A stretch of DNA of 64,000 nucleotides from an uncultured Thermococci archaeon (GTDB taxonomy: Archaea > Methanobacteriota_B > Thermococci > Methanofastidiosales > B48-G16): positions 128,001-192,000 of the forward strand of contig CAZQQT010000004.1 of NCBI GenBank assembly GCA_964595645.1, written 5' to 3'. Below are positions 52,179 through 60,848 of this stretch, one piece after another. The notes under the pieces were generated by a model, which was not told the DNA's origin, ran no database searches, and saw only the letters and a list, made by a program, of their open reading frames with translations. Every line of letters begins with the position of its first letter. The first letter of the stretch is position 1. A program made the translations under genes and the position numbers.

Positions 52179-52464
52179 TTCATCATCGAGCTCTCAACCA
52201 ACACAGCTCATTCCATGTGGAGAATAGATCTATAAAACTGTCGATGATCTGAGCATGGCCCAGCGAAGCGGAGGAGTCAGTAGTTTTTGGCCTGCGGCAA
52301 CACGAAGAACGCAATGGCGAACATGGTAAGAGGGCCCAGTACACCTTCTTTCGCAATGACCTCCACACCGTGGTCTCCTTGCAGATCCTCCGTTACCGGT
52401 GTACCATGCACATTCCACAGAATGAGACGAAAGTAATTTAAAGTTTTTAATAAGAGAGTAGGGT

Positions 52465-52665
52465 ATGCCAAAGATCATCAAGGTCATCTACGAGGATGGG
52501 GTCTTCAAGCCCGTTGAAAAGGTCGAGCTGAAAGAAAAAAGTAATTACAAAATTATAATAAAAGATGACATAGAAACCCTTAGAGGAAAATACGGCAGAG
52601 GTAAAAAGGTCAACATAGAGGAACTTAGAGATGAAATGTATGATAGAAGATCCCATATTCGTTGA
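52465..52665 (+). CDS. DUF104 (AF2212-like) antitoxin
   Basis: IIKVIYEDGVFKPVEKVELKE. Confidence 0.85.
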   Translation: MPKIIKVIYEDGVFKPVEKVELKEKSNYKIIIKDDIETLRGKYGRGKKVNIEELRDEMYDRRSHIR

Positions 52666-53098
52666 TAGTTCAATATTTTTATCATTTTTCATAGATGGTG
52701 TAGATGCTTTTGAGAACCTAAAGAAGTATAACCTTGTCACCTCGACAAATGTTATTGAAGAAGTTACATATATTCTTATTAAAGAACGATCAAAAATTAT
52801 TTCGGGAATCGAAAAACACTATGACTTGTTAAAATACTTGAGAAAAAATCCAGACTTCGTTAAGGATGTATCAAAAGAAGTTATTTCCGACATTTCTGCA
52901 GTAACAGAAGGATACGATGTGGATGTCTTATCTCCAGCATCATCTATACTAATGTATAAGATGATAGAAGAATGGGGTATACTTCCAAACGACGCGTTAA
53001 TCGCAGCCACATGTAAATACTACGGAATAAAGAATATAGCAACACTTGACGAAGATTTCAAAAGAGTAGATTTCCTAAAAATAGTTGAAATTGAATGA
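52640..53098 (+). CDS. vapC: PIN/VapC toxin
   Basis: FVDSSIF...VIEEV...ILPNDALIAAT...IATLDEDF. Confidence 0.88.
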   Translation: MIEDPIFVDSSIFLSFFIDGVDAFENLKKYNLVTSTNVIEEVTYILIKERSKIISGIEKHYDLLKYLRKNPDFVKDVSKEVISDISAVTEGYDVDVLSPASSILMYKMIEEWGILPNDALIAATCKYYGIKNIATLDEDFKRVDFLKIVEIE

Positions 53099-53301
53099 AT
53101 TTCCTGCAAGAGGAGTCTGAGAAAACGAGAAATGAGCTGGGAAACAAAATAGACAAGATGGGAGAAAAGGTTGACAACGTCGGCGAAAAAACAGAGTTAC
53201 TCCGGGTAGATCTGAGAGAGTACATAGAGTCAAATTTTAAACGGGTGTACGAAGAAATCGCAGAGATTAAGCAGGCATTGAAGAAAGATGGCATAATGTA
53301 G
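53095..53301 (+). CDS. Coiled-coil fragment resembling the C-terminus of archaeal acylphosphatase-coiled-coil proteins
   Basis: KIDKMGEKVDNVGEK...YEEIAEIKQALKKDGIM. Confidence 0.4.
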   Translation: MNFLQEESEKTRNELGNKIDKMGEKVDNVGEKTELLRVDLREYIESNFKRVYEEIAEIKQALKKDGIM

Positions 53302-53312
53302 TTGTATACCAT

Positions 53313-53339
53313 CGCTTTTCATGTAGCTATGTTATACAT
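53313..53339 (+). repeat. 27-bp direct repeat flanking the AbiE operon (partner 54911-54937)
   Basis: cgcttttcatgtagctatgttatacat vs cacttttcatgtaactaagttatacat (24/27 identical). Confidence 0.75.
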
Positions 53340-53433
53340 GTGCAGTGAACAGGTGGTATGTGGAATATTCCCTGCAAATAACATTTTTGTTAATCTAGAG
53401 TGGGCAAACCATTCATTGTGAATTGCATAGAAC

Positions 53434-54189
53434 TCACTCTATATCGAACCCATGCTCCGTCAACGTTTCGACTACCTCTTTTTTTACGTGGTGGTACGGT
53501 GGAGGGTTCACCACGAGAACTCCCAGATCACGTACCCACTCAGATTCAGTGATCGTGAGAGAGATCCGTGGAGGATGGCCGACTGTCTCCATTTTTCGTT
53601 CAACCAACGTTTTTTGTGGCGTGATATCCTGGCGCAGCAGAAACCACACATCGTACAGATCTCTCCCCTTCTCTCTCATGCTCAGAGCCCGTAATTTTTC
53701 GGCAAGTACCTCCTCCTTCTGGAGACCCAACACATTCACTACCCTCGCCTCCGGATACTCAAAAAACAGTCGAACCCATGTCGGCTCGAGGAACACATCC
53801 CCTCGTTTCGATGCCTCAATATTTAATGTTCCCACCGATCTTTTCGAACCATCAAAAAGAGGTCCCCGGTATCGCAGCCGCCCTGAAAATGACAGATCAT
53901 CCGAGTCTATTCTATCGATGGATGCTTCAACACCGTATGAGTGTAGCGTGGAAGCAGCATCTTTCAACTGTTCTATCACATCGCCCTCTTCACATATCGT
54001 AAATTCGAGATCCTCCGAAAATCGATCTAACCCGTACGCGTGTTTTAAAAACGTTCCCCCTTTAAACACGAGGAAATCCGCTCTTTTGTACAGTTCTTTC
54101 AAAAACAATGACTGGATATAGTCCTGTTCGAGTATATGCAATGGTAATTCGTTTCCATGTATTTCTCTTAACTGTCTTCTCGTGATCAT
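53434..54189 (-). CDS. abiEii: AbiEii toxin
   Basis: EQDY, FKGGT, RFSEDLEF, AEKLRA and RDLYD motifs. Confidence 0.88.
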   Translation of the reverse strand: MITRRQLREIHGNELPLHILEQDYIQSLFLKELYKRADFLVFKGGTFLKHAYGLDRFSEDLEFTICEEGDVIEQLKDAASTLHSYGVEASIDRIDSDDLSFSGRLRYRGPLFDGSKRSVGTLNIEASKRGDVFLEPTWVRLFFEYPEARVVNVLGLQKEEVLAEKLRALSMREKGRDLYDVWFLLRQDITPQKTLVERKMETVGHPPRISLTITESEWVRDLGVLVVNPPPYHHVKKEVVETLTEHGFDIE

Positions 54190-54920
54190 CGTCCCCTCCT
54201 ATTCACATAGAGTTTCCACTCAGCGTTCAGGTTAGACTTCTCCCTGTTCGGATCCAGTGTCGTATACGTCGTGATGATCTTTTTGATCTCCTCTTTTTCA
54301 AATTTCACGCCCCTTGTATCTAAAAGATACCCTATGCGAGAGGCAATAGCCGAACTATCCGTTTTTTTACAGTAACCGATTAATTTTTCTGTATTCAGAT
54401 CATCTGAGATCGCATCGTATATCCGTGATACTCCTCCTGAATACTCTAGATGTCTCACACAATCGATTAAAGTCTTTTCTTTATCGGACACTACTACTTT
54501 CCCGTGCCTCTCATATCCAAAAAAGAATTCTTTTTTGACTGTCACATACCGTATATCCTGTCCCTGCAGTTCTATCGGTCTTTTTCTCCTTGTCGTAACA
54601 AGAAAAACAGTTCTCGGCACTTGTTCTGTCATGTCGTGATAGTGCAAGGCGCTCCAAAACGCAATATAGGAAGGGATGAATATCTCGGGGACGATCTCGT
54701 AGATATCCATCTCGTTCCACACATCCGTCAAAATGTATTTTCCCCTCTCAATTCTCTGTATCAATCCCTTACCCTTCATGCTTTCAAGTATTCGGTACGT
54801 GTTCTCTTGAGAGATTTTTAGGAATCTCCGTATATCTTGTGGTGCAAAAACAACCATGTCCCTTGATTTGGTTTCGGATATCACCTGAGATTCCCGTTTT
54901 GATACGCTCACACTTTTCAT
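54186..54920 (-). CDS. abiEi: AbiEi-family antitoxin
   Basis: KGLIQRIERGKY; FWSALHYHDMTEQVP; EKTLID; RIGYL. Confidence 0.88.
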   Translation of the reverse strand: MKSVSVSKRESQVISETKSRDMVVFAPQDIRRFLKISQENTYRILESMKGKGLIQRIERGKYILTDVWNEMDIYEIVPEIFIPSYIAFWSALHYHDMTEQVPRTVFLVTTRRKRPIELQGQDIRYVTVKKEFFFGYERHGKVVVSDKEKTLIDCVRHLEYSGGVSRIYDAISDDLNTEKLIGYCKKTDSSAIASRIGYLLDTRGVKFEKEEIKKIITTYTTLDPNREKSNLNAEWKLYVNRRGR

Positions 54921-54977
54921 GTAACTAAGTTATACATTTACTATATAAAAAGATTACGTAAAATATAGATGACGAAC

Positions 54978-55039
54978 CATGCCCCTCGGCGTTCACACCT
55001 GAATAAAAATCCTTATCGTTCAATGTGAAGATCACATAA
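54978..55039 (+). repeat. 62-bp copy of the DUF4258 relic (partner 13622-13683)
   Basis: catgcccctc.gcgttcacacctgaataaaaatccttatc...caatgtgaagatca. Confidence 0.88.
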
Positions 55040-55040
55040 A

Positions 55041-55350
55041 GAAACTGCTGGGAAATAGTATTGCCATCATCAATAGCTTGAGTTTAAAGAATAAAGAAGG
55101 AATACGTAGAGCTATGGAACCATGGGATAAGTTTTTATTGTAAAATAGTGGTGGTGAGAAAAAGTGATTGAAATTCCCGGAAGATCTCAGATGGATACTC
55201 AAAAAAGAAGAAAATGTGAGATTCGTAGAATCTGTCGTAGTTCAAAGACTATGTGAGATAAAAGTGGGGGATCTACTTACAGAAAAGAGTGAATTGAAAG
55301 AAAAGGATATCGATCAACTCGATCATCTCGTAAAAAAAGAACTGCACAAG
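55041..55350 (+). repeat. 310-bp near-identical direct repeat (partner 57620-57929)
   Basis: Identical by eye except for 2 positions near the 3' end. Confidence 0.95.
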
Positions 55351-55371
55351 AGGATACGTGGAACGGAATGA
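55168..55371 (+). CDS. Putative antitoxin
   Basis: KSELKEKDIDQLDHLVKK; overlaps the PIN start. Confidence 0.6.
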   Translation: MKFPEDLRWILKKEENVRFVESVVVQRLCEIKVGDLLTEKSELKEKDIDQLDHLVKKELHKRIRGTE

Positions 55372-55655
55372 GATTTGTCATCGACACAAACATTCTATTC
55401 TCTGCAATAATCAAAAAGTCCATCACGAGAAATATTATTCTTAGTGATGTATTCGATCTATATGTCCCGGAATACCTCTTTGAAGAAATAAACAACAATA
55501 GGAAGATAATTTTGGAAAAAGCGAGAATGGAAGAAGAACCCTTCCTTGCCTTGCTCACATTGTTTCAAAAACATGTGCGAATAGTGAGAAAAAAAGACTA
55601 CCAATGTAAAATTCCTCGAGCTGAAAAAACGATGAGAAAGGTAGTAGAAAATTAG
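55368..55655 (+). pseudogene. PIN toxin, C-terminally truncated
   Basis: FVIDTNILFSA...PEYLFEEI; lacks the DxxD..F/WSxD C-terminal motifs. Confidence 0.7.
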
Positions 55656-55937
55656 TGACAAAGAACATCGATGAACGCTCACAGGAAATCGATGAGATCT
55701 TACACGACACACCACATGAAGAAGACCCGTTACACGTTATTCATGAGTTTTTTGTCAGGAACATCCACATTTTTATCTCAATAGGAATGCTGTTATTACC
55801 CTCCTGTAGTAGTAATGTGCAACGGTAATGACTAGAAACAACTACTTCTATTGTTGTGATCCAGCGATGGGCCCCATTCTCTATCATCGCAGAGAAAAAC
55901 CAATGCAGAGAATATAGAATTTCATCGCGCAAGAGTT

Positions 55938-56386
55938 TTACTTCCATTCGTCACATGCGTTCACGATCTCTTTCGTTGTATATACCTTACTTGTTTCCTG
56001 TTGTGTAAAATGTGTATCATCCGACCATAATGGACAGTGTAACGCTAATGCCAGAGCCAAGAAGGGTGTATCCTTTGCATCAACATCCTTCATTATCGTA
56101 TACGCATCTCGGATTTTATGGGCGTACAATTCGGAAGGGATGATGTGAACGGGTTCGAGTATCACTTTTAACATATACTCAAAACTTTGTTTTGCAACGT
56201 TTTCTCCCTTTTGGAGAGTATATAGCTTTTGTACTCCTGTATCTCTCTTAATCCATCCTCTGGATAGTAAATATCCAATGAATCCGATCTCAATAATCGT
56301 CCTGTAAAAGAATTGTCCTTGAGCAACGCGGATATCAAGACATTGGTATCAACTACAACTCGTATTTCTTCTTTGTCTCTTTCCAT
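55938..56386 (-). pseudogene. PIN toxin, frameshifted near 56190
   Basis: VVVDTNVLISAL in one frame; DAKDTPFLALALAL..LWSDD in the next. Confidence 0.8.
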
Positions 56387-56562
56387 ACCTTCTCCCTTAC
56401 CCCATCCAACGCGTCTAATTCGTCCTCTTCTAATGAAAGCTCTTCCTTACATCTTTCAAAGAGGACCCACTTCACCTCTTCTTCTCTCACCAGTTCATCG
56501 ATCTTCTTTTTGAGAAGTGATGATGGGATGTCTTTTGGAATCTTTACGGTAATTTCACTCAT
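56353..56562 (-). CDS. Putative antitoxin
   Basis: MSEITVKIPKD...; overlaps the PIN gene. Confidence 0.65.
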   Translation of the reverse strand: MSEITVKIPKDIPSSLLKKKIDELVREEEVKWVLFERCKEELSLEEDELDALDGVREKVWKETKKKYEL

Positions 56563-56623
56563 GACAATCTTTTCTGTTGCTTTCTATTAAAATCTTTCTA
56601 TTTTCCTTGGATGTACAGAGGTA

Positions 56624-56881
56624 TTATTTGTATGCTTTTTTTCTTGGCAACACAGCAAAAACTACAATTGTATGATTCTTCTGGAGTTCAAAGAGAACTC
56701 TATATTTTCCGACTCTCAACCGATAATACTGTTTGTATCCTTTTAATTTCTTTATGTCCAGTCGTGGAGAAAATCCTTCTTTAAGTTTTACTAACTTTTC
56801 CTTTATGCGCTTATGCACGTCTGGATCTACATCATCTAATTGTTTTTGTGCTTTTCTTTCCAAAAATACTTTATAGTTCAT
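56624..56881 (-). CDS. relE: RelE family toxin
   Basis: IKKLKG..YYRLRVGKYRVLF...PRKKAY. Confidence 0.9.
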   Translation of the reverse strand: MNYKVFLERKAQKQLDDVDPDVHKRIKEKLVKLKEGFSPRLDIKKLKGYKQYYRLRVGKYRVLFELQKNHTIVVFAVLPRKKAYK

Positions 56882-57044
56882 TTAATTCAATTGTTCCAGT
56901 TTTTTTTCTTCTCTCGTAACCTTCTATCTCCTTTATTTCATCTTCTTCAGGTTCTTCTATTCCTATCAGTCGTGAATCTACTACATTTTCAATTTTTTCT
57001 AGCATAAGCTTCATTTCTTCCATTTCTTTTGTTATTTCTTTCAT
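56871..57044 (-). CDS. RelB-like antitoxin (57 aa, not in the ORF track)
   Basis: MKEITKEMEEMKLMLEKIENVVDSRLIGIEEPEEDEIKEIEGYERRKKTGTIELNEL; overlaps the relE start. Confidence 0.7.
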   Translation of the reverse strand: MKEITKEMEEMKLMLEKIENVVDSRLIGIEEPEEDEIKEIEGYERRKKTGTIELNEL

Positions 57045-57122
57045 TATTTCACCTATTTTTATTACGTAAGATGTATCTAAATTATATAAATCTTTCCACC
57101 GTGCTGTGATGTAAAGAAGGAC

Positions 57123-57329
57123 TCATCGTTCATTCACCATCTGAAGGTACTTTTTTCGAGTTACCTTCACATTCTTTGCATTCAGCATGAAACTATCAAC
57201 TAACACTGCCTGTTGCTCGCTCCACACCTCGTTGGGTACGCGTTTCACCCAGTCGGCATAGTAGTGGATGAATTTCAGTCGTTCCTGCAGGTTTTGTTCT
57301 TTATCAAACTTCAATTCCATACTTCTCAC
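57123..57329 (-). CDS. Small hypothetical protein, partner of a nucleotidyltransferase-like gene
   Basis: NLQERLKFIHYYADWVK...WSEQQAVLVDS. Confidence 0.55.
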   Translation of the reverse strand: MRSMELKFDKEQNLQERLKFIHYYADWVKRVPNEVWSEQQAVLVDSFMLNAKNVKVTRKKYLQMVNER

Positions 57330-57537
57330 CGCTCACATGCAGTTCTTCCATGAACTTCCTGAGCAGATTGTGATCTGCATGTTCCTTAAAAATATCCCAG
57401 AGATACACGGCATCTTCTATATCTTTTTTGCTACCTAAATACAGTTTATACGGTATTTGTAACTCTATTGGAGAAATATATATACTTTTTTTGTCTATGG
57501 TAACTTTCAATCTATTGTCGATACTATATTTATCCAT
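57304..57537 (-). pseudogene. C-terminal fragment of an archaeal nucleotidyltransferase-like protein
   Basis: ISPIELQIPYKLYLGSKKDIEDAVYLW. Confidence 0.5.
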
Positions 57538-57619
57538 GAGGACAGGCTTTTGGCACGCCCTATAGCTGATGAGATGATCTTGAAAATGTAAGTGTGGAGG
57601 AACATGGTATAACAATAGA

Positions 57620-57929
57620 GAAACTGCTGGGAAATAGTATTGCCATCATCAATAGCTTGAGTTTAAAGAATAAAGAAGGAATACGTAGAGCTATGGAACC
57701 ATGGGATAAGTTTTTATTGTAAAATAGTGGTGGTGAGAAAAAGTGATTGAAATTCCCGGAAGATCTCAGATGGATACTCAAAAAAGAAGAAAATGTGAGA
57801 TTCGTAGAATCTGTCGTAGTTCAAAGACTATGTGAGATAAAAGTGGGGGATCTACTTACAGAAAAGAGTGAATTGAAAGAAAAGGATATCGATCAACTCG
57901 ATCATCTCGTAAAAAAAGAATTGTACAAG
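57620..57929 (+). repeat. 310-bp direct repeat copy 2; the antitoxin copy is fused to a DUF104 fragment
   Basis: ORF 57747-57980 matches 55168-55371 and then reads RIEVVYEDG. Confidence 0.93.
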
Positions 57930-58069
57930 CGAATAGAGGTAGTTTATGAAGATGGGGGTTTAAACCCCTCAAAAGAGTGAGTTTTCCTGAAAAAAACCAG
58001 GGGTGAGGTAACATTGGGGGGAAAATTTGTTATAGACCTTTTTGCCAAAAAAGATAAGAAAAGAGTTGA

Positions 58070-58631
58070 GCAGAGTCTGATATCGATCTGTTGGTGATAG
58101 GCGACGTGAGTGTAGAGGAATTAGTAGATCTCTCCTTTCCAATATTACTAAAATATGGTGAATTTATCTCAGCAGGAGATATGAAAAAAAAGCAGTTTGA
58201 GTTCTTAGCGAGAGAAAAATATTCATTTGTAAAAAACATTGTGAAGGAAGGTGTGGTGTTGTATGAAAGAGTGGAAAAAACATCTGAAGAGGGCAGAAGA
58301 GAAGTGAAGATCAGCAAAAATTTTATTTGAGAATGATATGGTCGCCGACTCTACAAATGAGGCTTACTACACCATGTTTCATGCTGCAAAGGCGTTACTC
58401 GCATTAAAAAACATTTATCCAAAAACACATCAGGGTGTGGTTTACAGTCTGTCACCGAAGGACTCATCGAGGAACTGTAAGCAAAGAGTTTAACAAAGGC
58501 AGAAATCAAGCGTGAAAAAGCAGAATAGCAACAGTTACTACGAGCTGTCTAAAGAAGAGGCAGAAACCATTGTGGACGACGCTGAGAAATTTTTAGAGAG
58601 AATCACAGGAGCAACAAAGGAAATGGAATAA
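58070..58631 (+). pseudogene. Degraded MNT-HEPN pair
   Basis: AESDIDLLVIG; HEPN MKEWKKHLKRAEEK*RSAK...AYYTMFHAAKALL...EAETIVDDAEKFLERI with stops and frameshifts. Confidence 0.75.
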
Positions 58632-58696
58632 CTTTCAGTTACTCGAACTGCTGACCTCACCGGAAGAAATTTATTTCCTCACTACTACTCTTTTCT

Positions 58697-59050
58697 ATGA
58701 GAAGAACATACGTAGTCCAGAAACACGATGCATCCCAGCTCCACTACGATCTCAGACTGGAAAAGGATGGCGTCCTGAAAAGCTGGGCTGTTCCTAAGGG
58801 AATTCCCCAGAAGAAAGGCGTGAAACGCCTCGCCATTGCAGTGGACGATCATGCCCTCGAGTACGCAACCTTCGAAGGTACCATCGAAGAGGGCTACGGC
58901 GCGGGCACGGTGGAAATCTGGGACAAGGGCGAGTACGAGGAAGAAGAATGGGGGGACAAGAAGATCGTGATCACTCTCCACGGTGACAAGATCACCGGTG
59001 AGTACGCGCTGATCAAAACAAGCTTCGGATGGCTCATCTTCAAGAAGTGA
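58697..59050 (+). CDS. Stand-alone LigD 3'-phosphoesterase (PE) domain protein
   Basis: VVQKHDASQLHYDLRLE...LKSWAVPKG...RLAIAVDDH..Y..FEG.I..GYGAG.V.IWDKG. Confidence 0.92.
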   Translation: MRRTYVVQKHDASQLHYDLRLEKDGVLKSWAVPKGIPQKKGVKRLAIAVDDHALEYATFEGTIEEGYGAGTVEIWDKGEYEEEEWGDKKIVITLHGDKITGEYALIKTSFGWLIFKK

Positions 59051-59089
59051 ACGTTTTTATACAGCGACGCCCAATATCTGTGTGATACT

Positions 59090-59479
59090 ATGGTAGTGAA
59101 GATCAGTATCTACACGGAGGCCACCGGGAAGGTGGAGGGGGTTCTCACGGAGGATCAGAGCCCACAGACCGTCGAGGCCATCATCAACGCCCTCCCCATT
59201 GAATCCGCCGCACAGCGATGGGGCGACGAGGTCTACTTCACCACGCCCGTCACTGCGGAGGAAGAAGATCCTGTCTCCACCGTGGAGAAGGGCACCATCG
59301 CCTTCTGGCCTGCCGGGAACGCAATCTGCATTTTCTGGGGCCCCACACCGATGAGCCCCTCACCCGACGAGATCCGTCCTGCGAGTCCTGTCAACCTCAT
59401 TGGAACGATCACCGGCGACCCCTCCGTGTTCTCAAATGTCGATGCGGGAACAACAATACGGATAGAACGCGTAGAATGA
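59090..59479 (+). CDS. Cyclophilin-like fold protein (DUF369/TM1367-like)
   Basis: SPQTV...LPI...WGDEVYF...GTIAFWPAGNAICIFWGPTP...PVNLIG. Confidence 0.85.
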   Translation: MVVKISIYTEATGKVEGVLTEDQSPQTVEAIINALPIESAAQRWGDEVYFTTPVTAEEEDPVSTVEKGTIAFWPAGNAICIFWGPTPMSPSPDEIRPASPVNLIGTITGDPSVFSNVDAGTTIRIERVE

Positions 59480-59547
59480 GCGAAAAACTCCTCTGTTCCC
59501 TTGGGAATCAAAGCTTGCAAAAAATTTAAATAGATAAAACGTGTAGT

Positions 59548-59790
59548 ATGAGGTGTGATATCATGACAGTCGCATATATCCTCTGTGTGGCAGAGGTAGG
59601 GAAGGAGAAAGCGGTGCAGACAAAACTCAAAGAGTTTGAGGAGGTAAAGGAGGTCTATGTCGTGTACGGCGAATATGATCTCGTGGTAAAAATAGAAATA
59701 CCCGATCTGAAGCAACTAGACGCATTCATCACAGACAAAATCCGAGGAATCGAGCATATCGAAATGACATCAACGATGATAGCGTTGTAA
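59548..59790 (+). CDS. Stand-alone Lrp/AsnC ligand-binding (RAM) domain protein
   Basis: AYIL...VYGEYDLVVKI...IR.I..I..TSTMI. Confidence 0.88.
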   Translation: MRCDIMTVAYILCVAEVGKEKAVQTKLKEFEEVKEVYVVYGEYDLVVKIEIPDLKQLDAFITDKIRGIEHIEMTSTMIAL

Positions 59791-59870
59791 GACTTCTTTT
59801 TCGTTTTTTTCCAAAATGAAAAAACGCAAAATTTAAAAAGCGAGGATGTAATCCTATTCTTGGTGTTGCA

Positions 59871-60848
59871 ATGGAAAGAAAAAAATATGCGGTAATCGGC
59901 GTCTCTCTTACTGTAATCATCGTACTGGCAGGACTGGTGTATGGATCGAGCACGGCATTTGCCACATCAGGATCACCAAAAAAGACCTACTTCGAGTTCG
60001 GAGAGACATCGCTCGCAGTTAACGCGTACGAAGGAACGTACAAGGAGTTACGCGGGCTCGTGGGACGCGCGGAGGAAGTCACCGTGTACCACACAGGAAA
60101 TAAGGACGTCGCAACCTACCTCGAAACTGTCGACTACAGTATACACGCCGAACAACTCGGGTTTCTCGATAAGCTGATGATCGCGTTCCATCACAAGGGG
60201 ACTGCGGACAACCCCGTGGTACTCGTCGAACAGGGCGATCTTTCGATCACAGTAGTACGAGAGAACGTCTTCATCGTCAGAACGCCCAGTCTGGACGTAC
60301 TCAAGCAGGTGTTCTCCTACAGTACAGAACATGCCTACGACTTCAGCGCAGAACCCTTCACGATCAAAATCCCCTTCAACCTCCAAAATGAGAAGTTTAG
60401 TTTACCTGCCTTCGCAGGCATCAACCAAGAAACGCTACGAGAAAATAACAACATGATATTTAGCATGCTACGAGCGCCACTTATCAACCCGGAGATACAG
60501 AATCTGTACCTTATCCACACACCATGGGAGACATCGGGTGAGGAGAACAGATCGCTGACAAAGGGTGTCGCGTACATCTCCCGAGTTATCGGTCAGATTC
60601 GCCCCGAGATGGTGGATGAAAAAACGTATATTATTACGGATCTCACCACACTAGACAAACTCATGCTCTACATGGAAATCATCGGCACAAAAGAAGTTCC
60701 CGTATACTGTATACGAACCCAGGTGGACAACGCAAACCAGGACGGGATCTACATGCCCCGGGAGGGGTTTGTGTATCTTGAAGTCGAGAACCATGAGAAT
60801 ATTGAGAAGTACAGCATGGGTCTGGCCACCATCCTCGGAGGAAGTTGA
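59871..60848 (+). CDS. Secreted or membrane-anchored hypothetical protein
   Basis: N-terminal TM; long open frame coupled to the next gene. Confidence 0.65.
   Translation: MERKKYAVIGVSLTVIIVLAGLVYGSSTAFATSGSPKKTYFEFGETSLAVNAYEGTYKELRGLVGRAEEVTVYHTGNKDVATYLETVDYSIHAEQLGFLDKLMIAFHHKGTADNPVVLVEQGDLSITVVRENVFIVRTPSLDVLKQVFSYSTEHAYDFSAEPFTIKIPFNLQNEKFSLPAFAGINQETLRENNNMIFSMLRAPLINPEIQNLYLIHTPWETSGEENRSLTKGVAYISRVIGQIRPEMVDEKTYIITDLTTLDKLMLYMEIIGTKEVPVYCIRTQVDNANQDGIYMPREGFVYLEVENHENIEKYSMGLATILGGS

Noticed and set aside
52179-52487. Short minus-strand ORFs, possibly a membrane transporter fragment
   Set aside because: Too fragmentary to assign to a family.
46347-58021. 11-12-mer matches (tgtatccgtaa at 46347/49905; taacattggggg at 50882/58010)
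   Set aside because: Expected by chance in 64 kb, and the matches do not extend.
1108-58307. Repeated in-frame TGA codons (1108, 4412, 19857, 51579, 58305) suggesting stop-codon recoding or selenocysteine
   Set aside because: The expected residues differ (Arg in some, Leu in others). Several of these genes also have frameshifts, and TGA terminates many intact genes. Ordinary nonsense mutation explains it.
1-58631. Classical integron explaining the TA cassette arrays
   Set aside because: No tyrosine recombinase and no recurrent attC-like hairpin; the flanking repeats differ from cassette to cassette.
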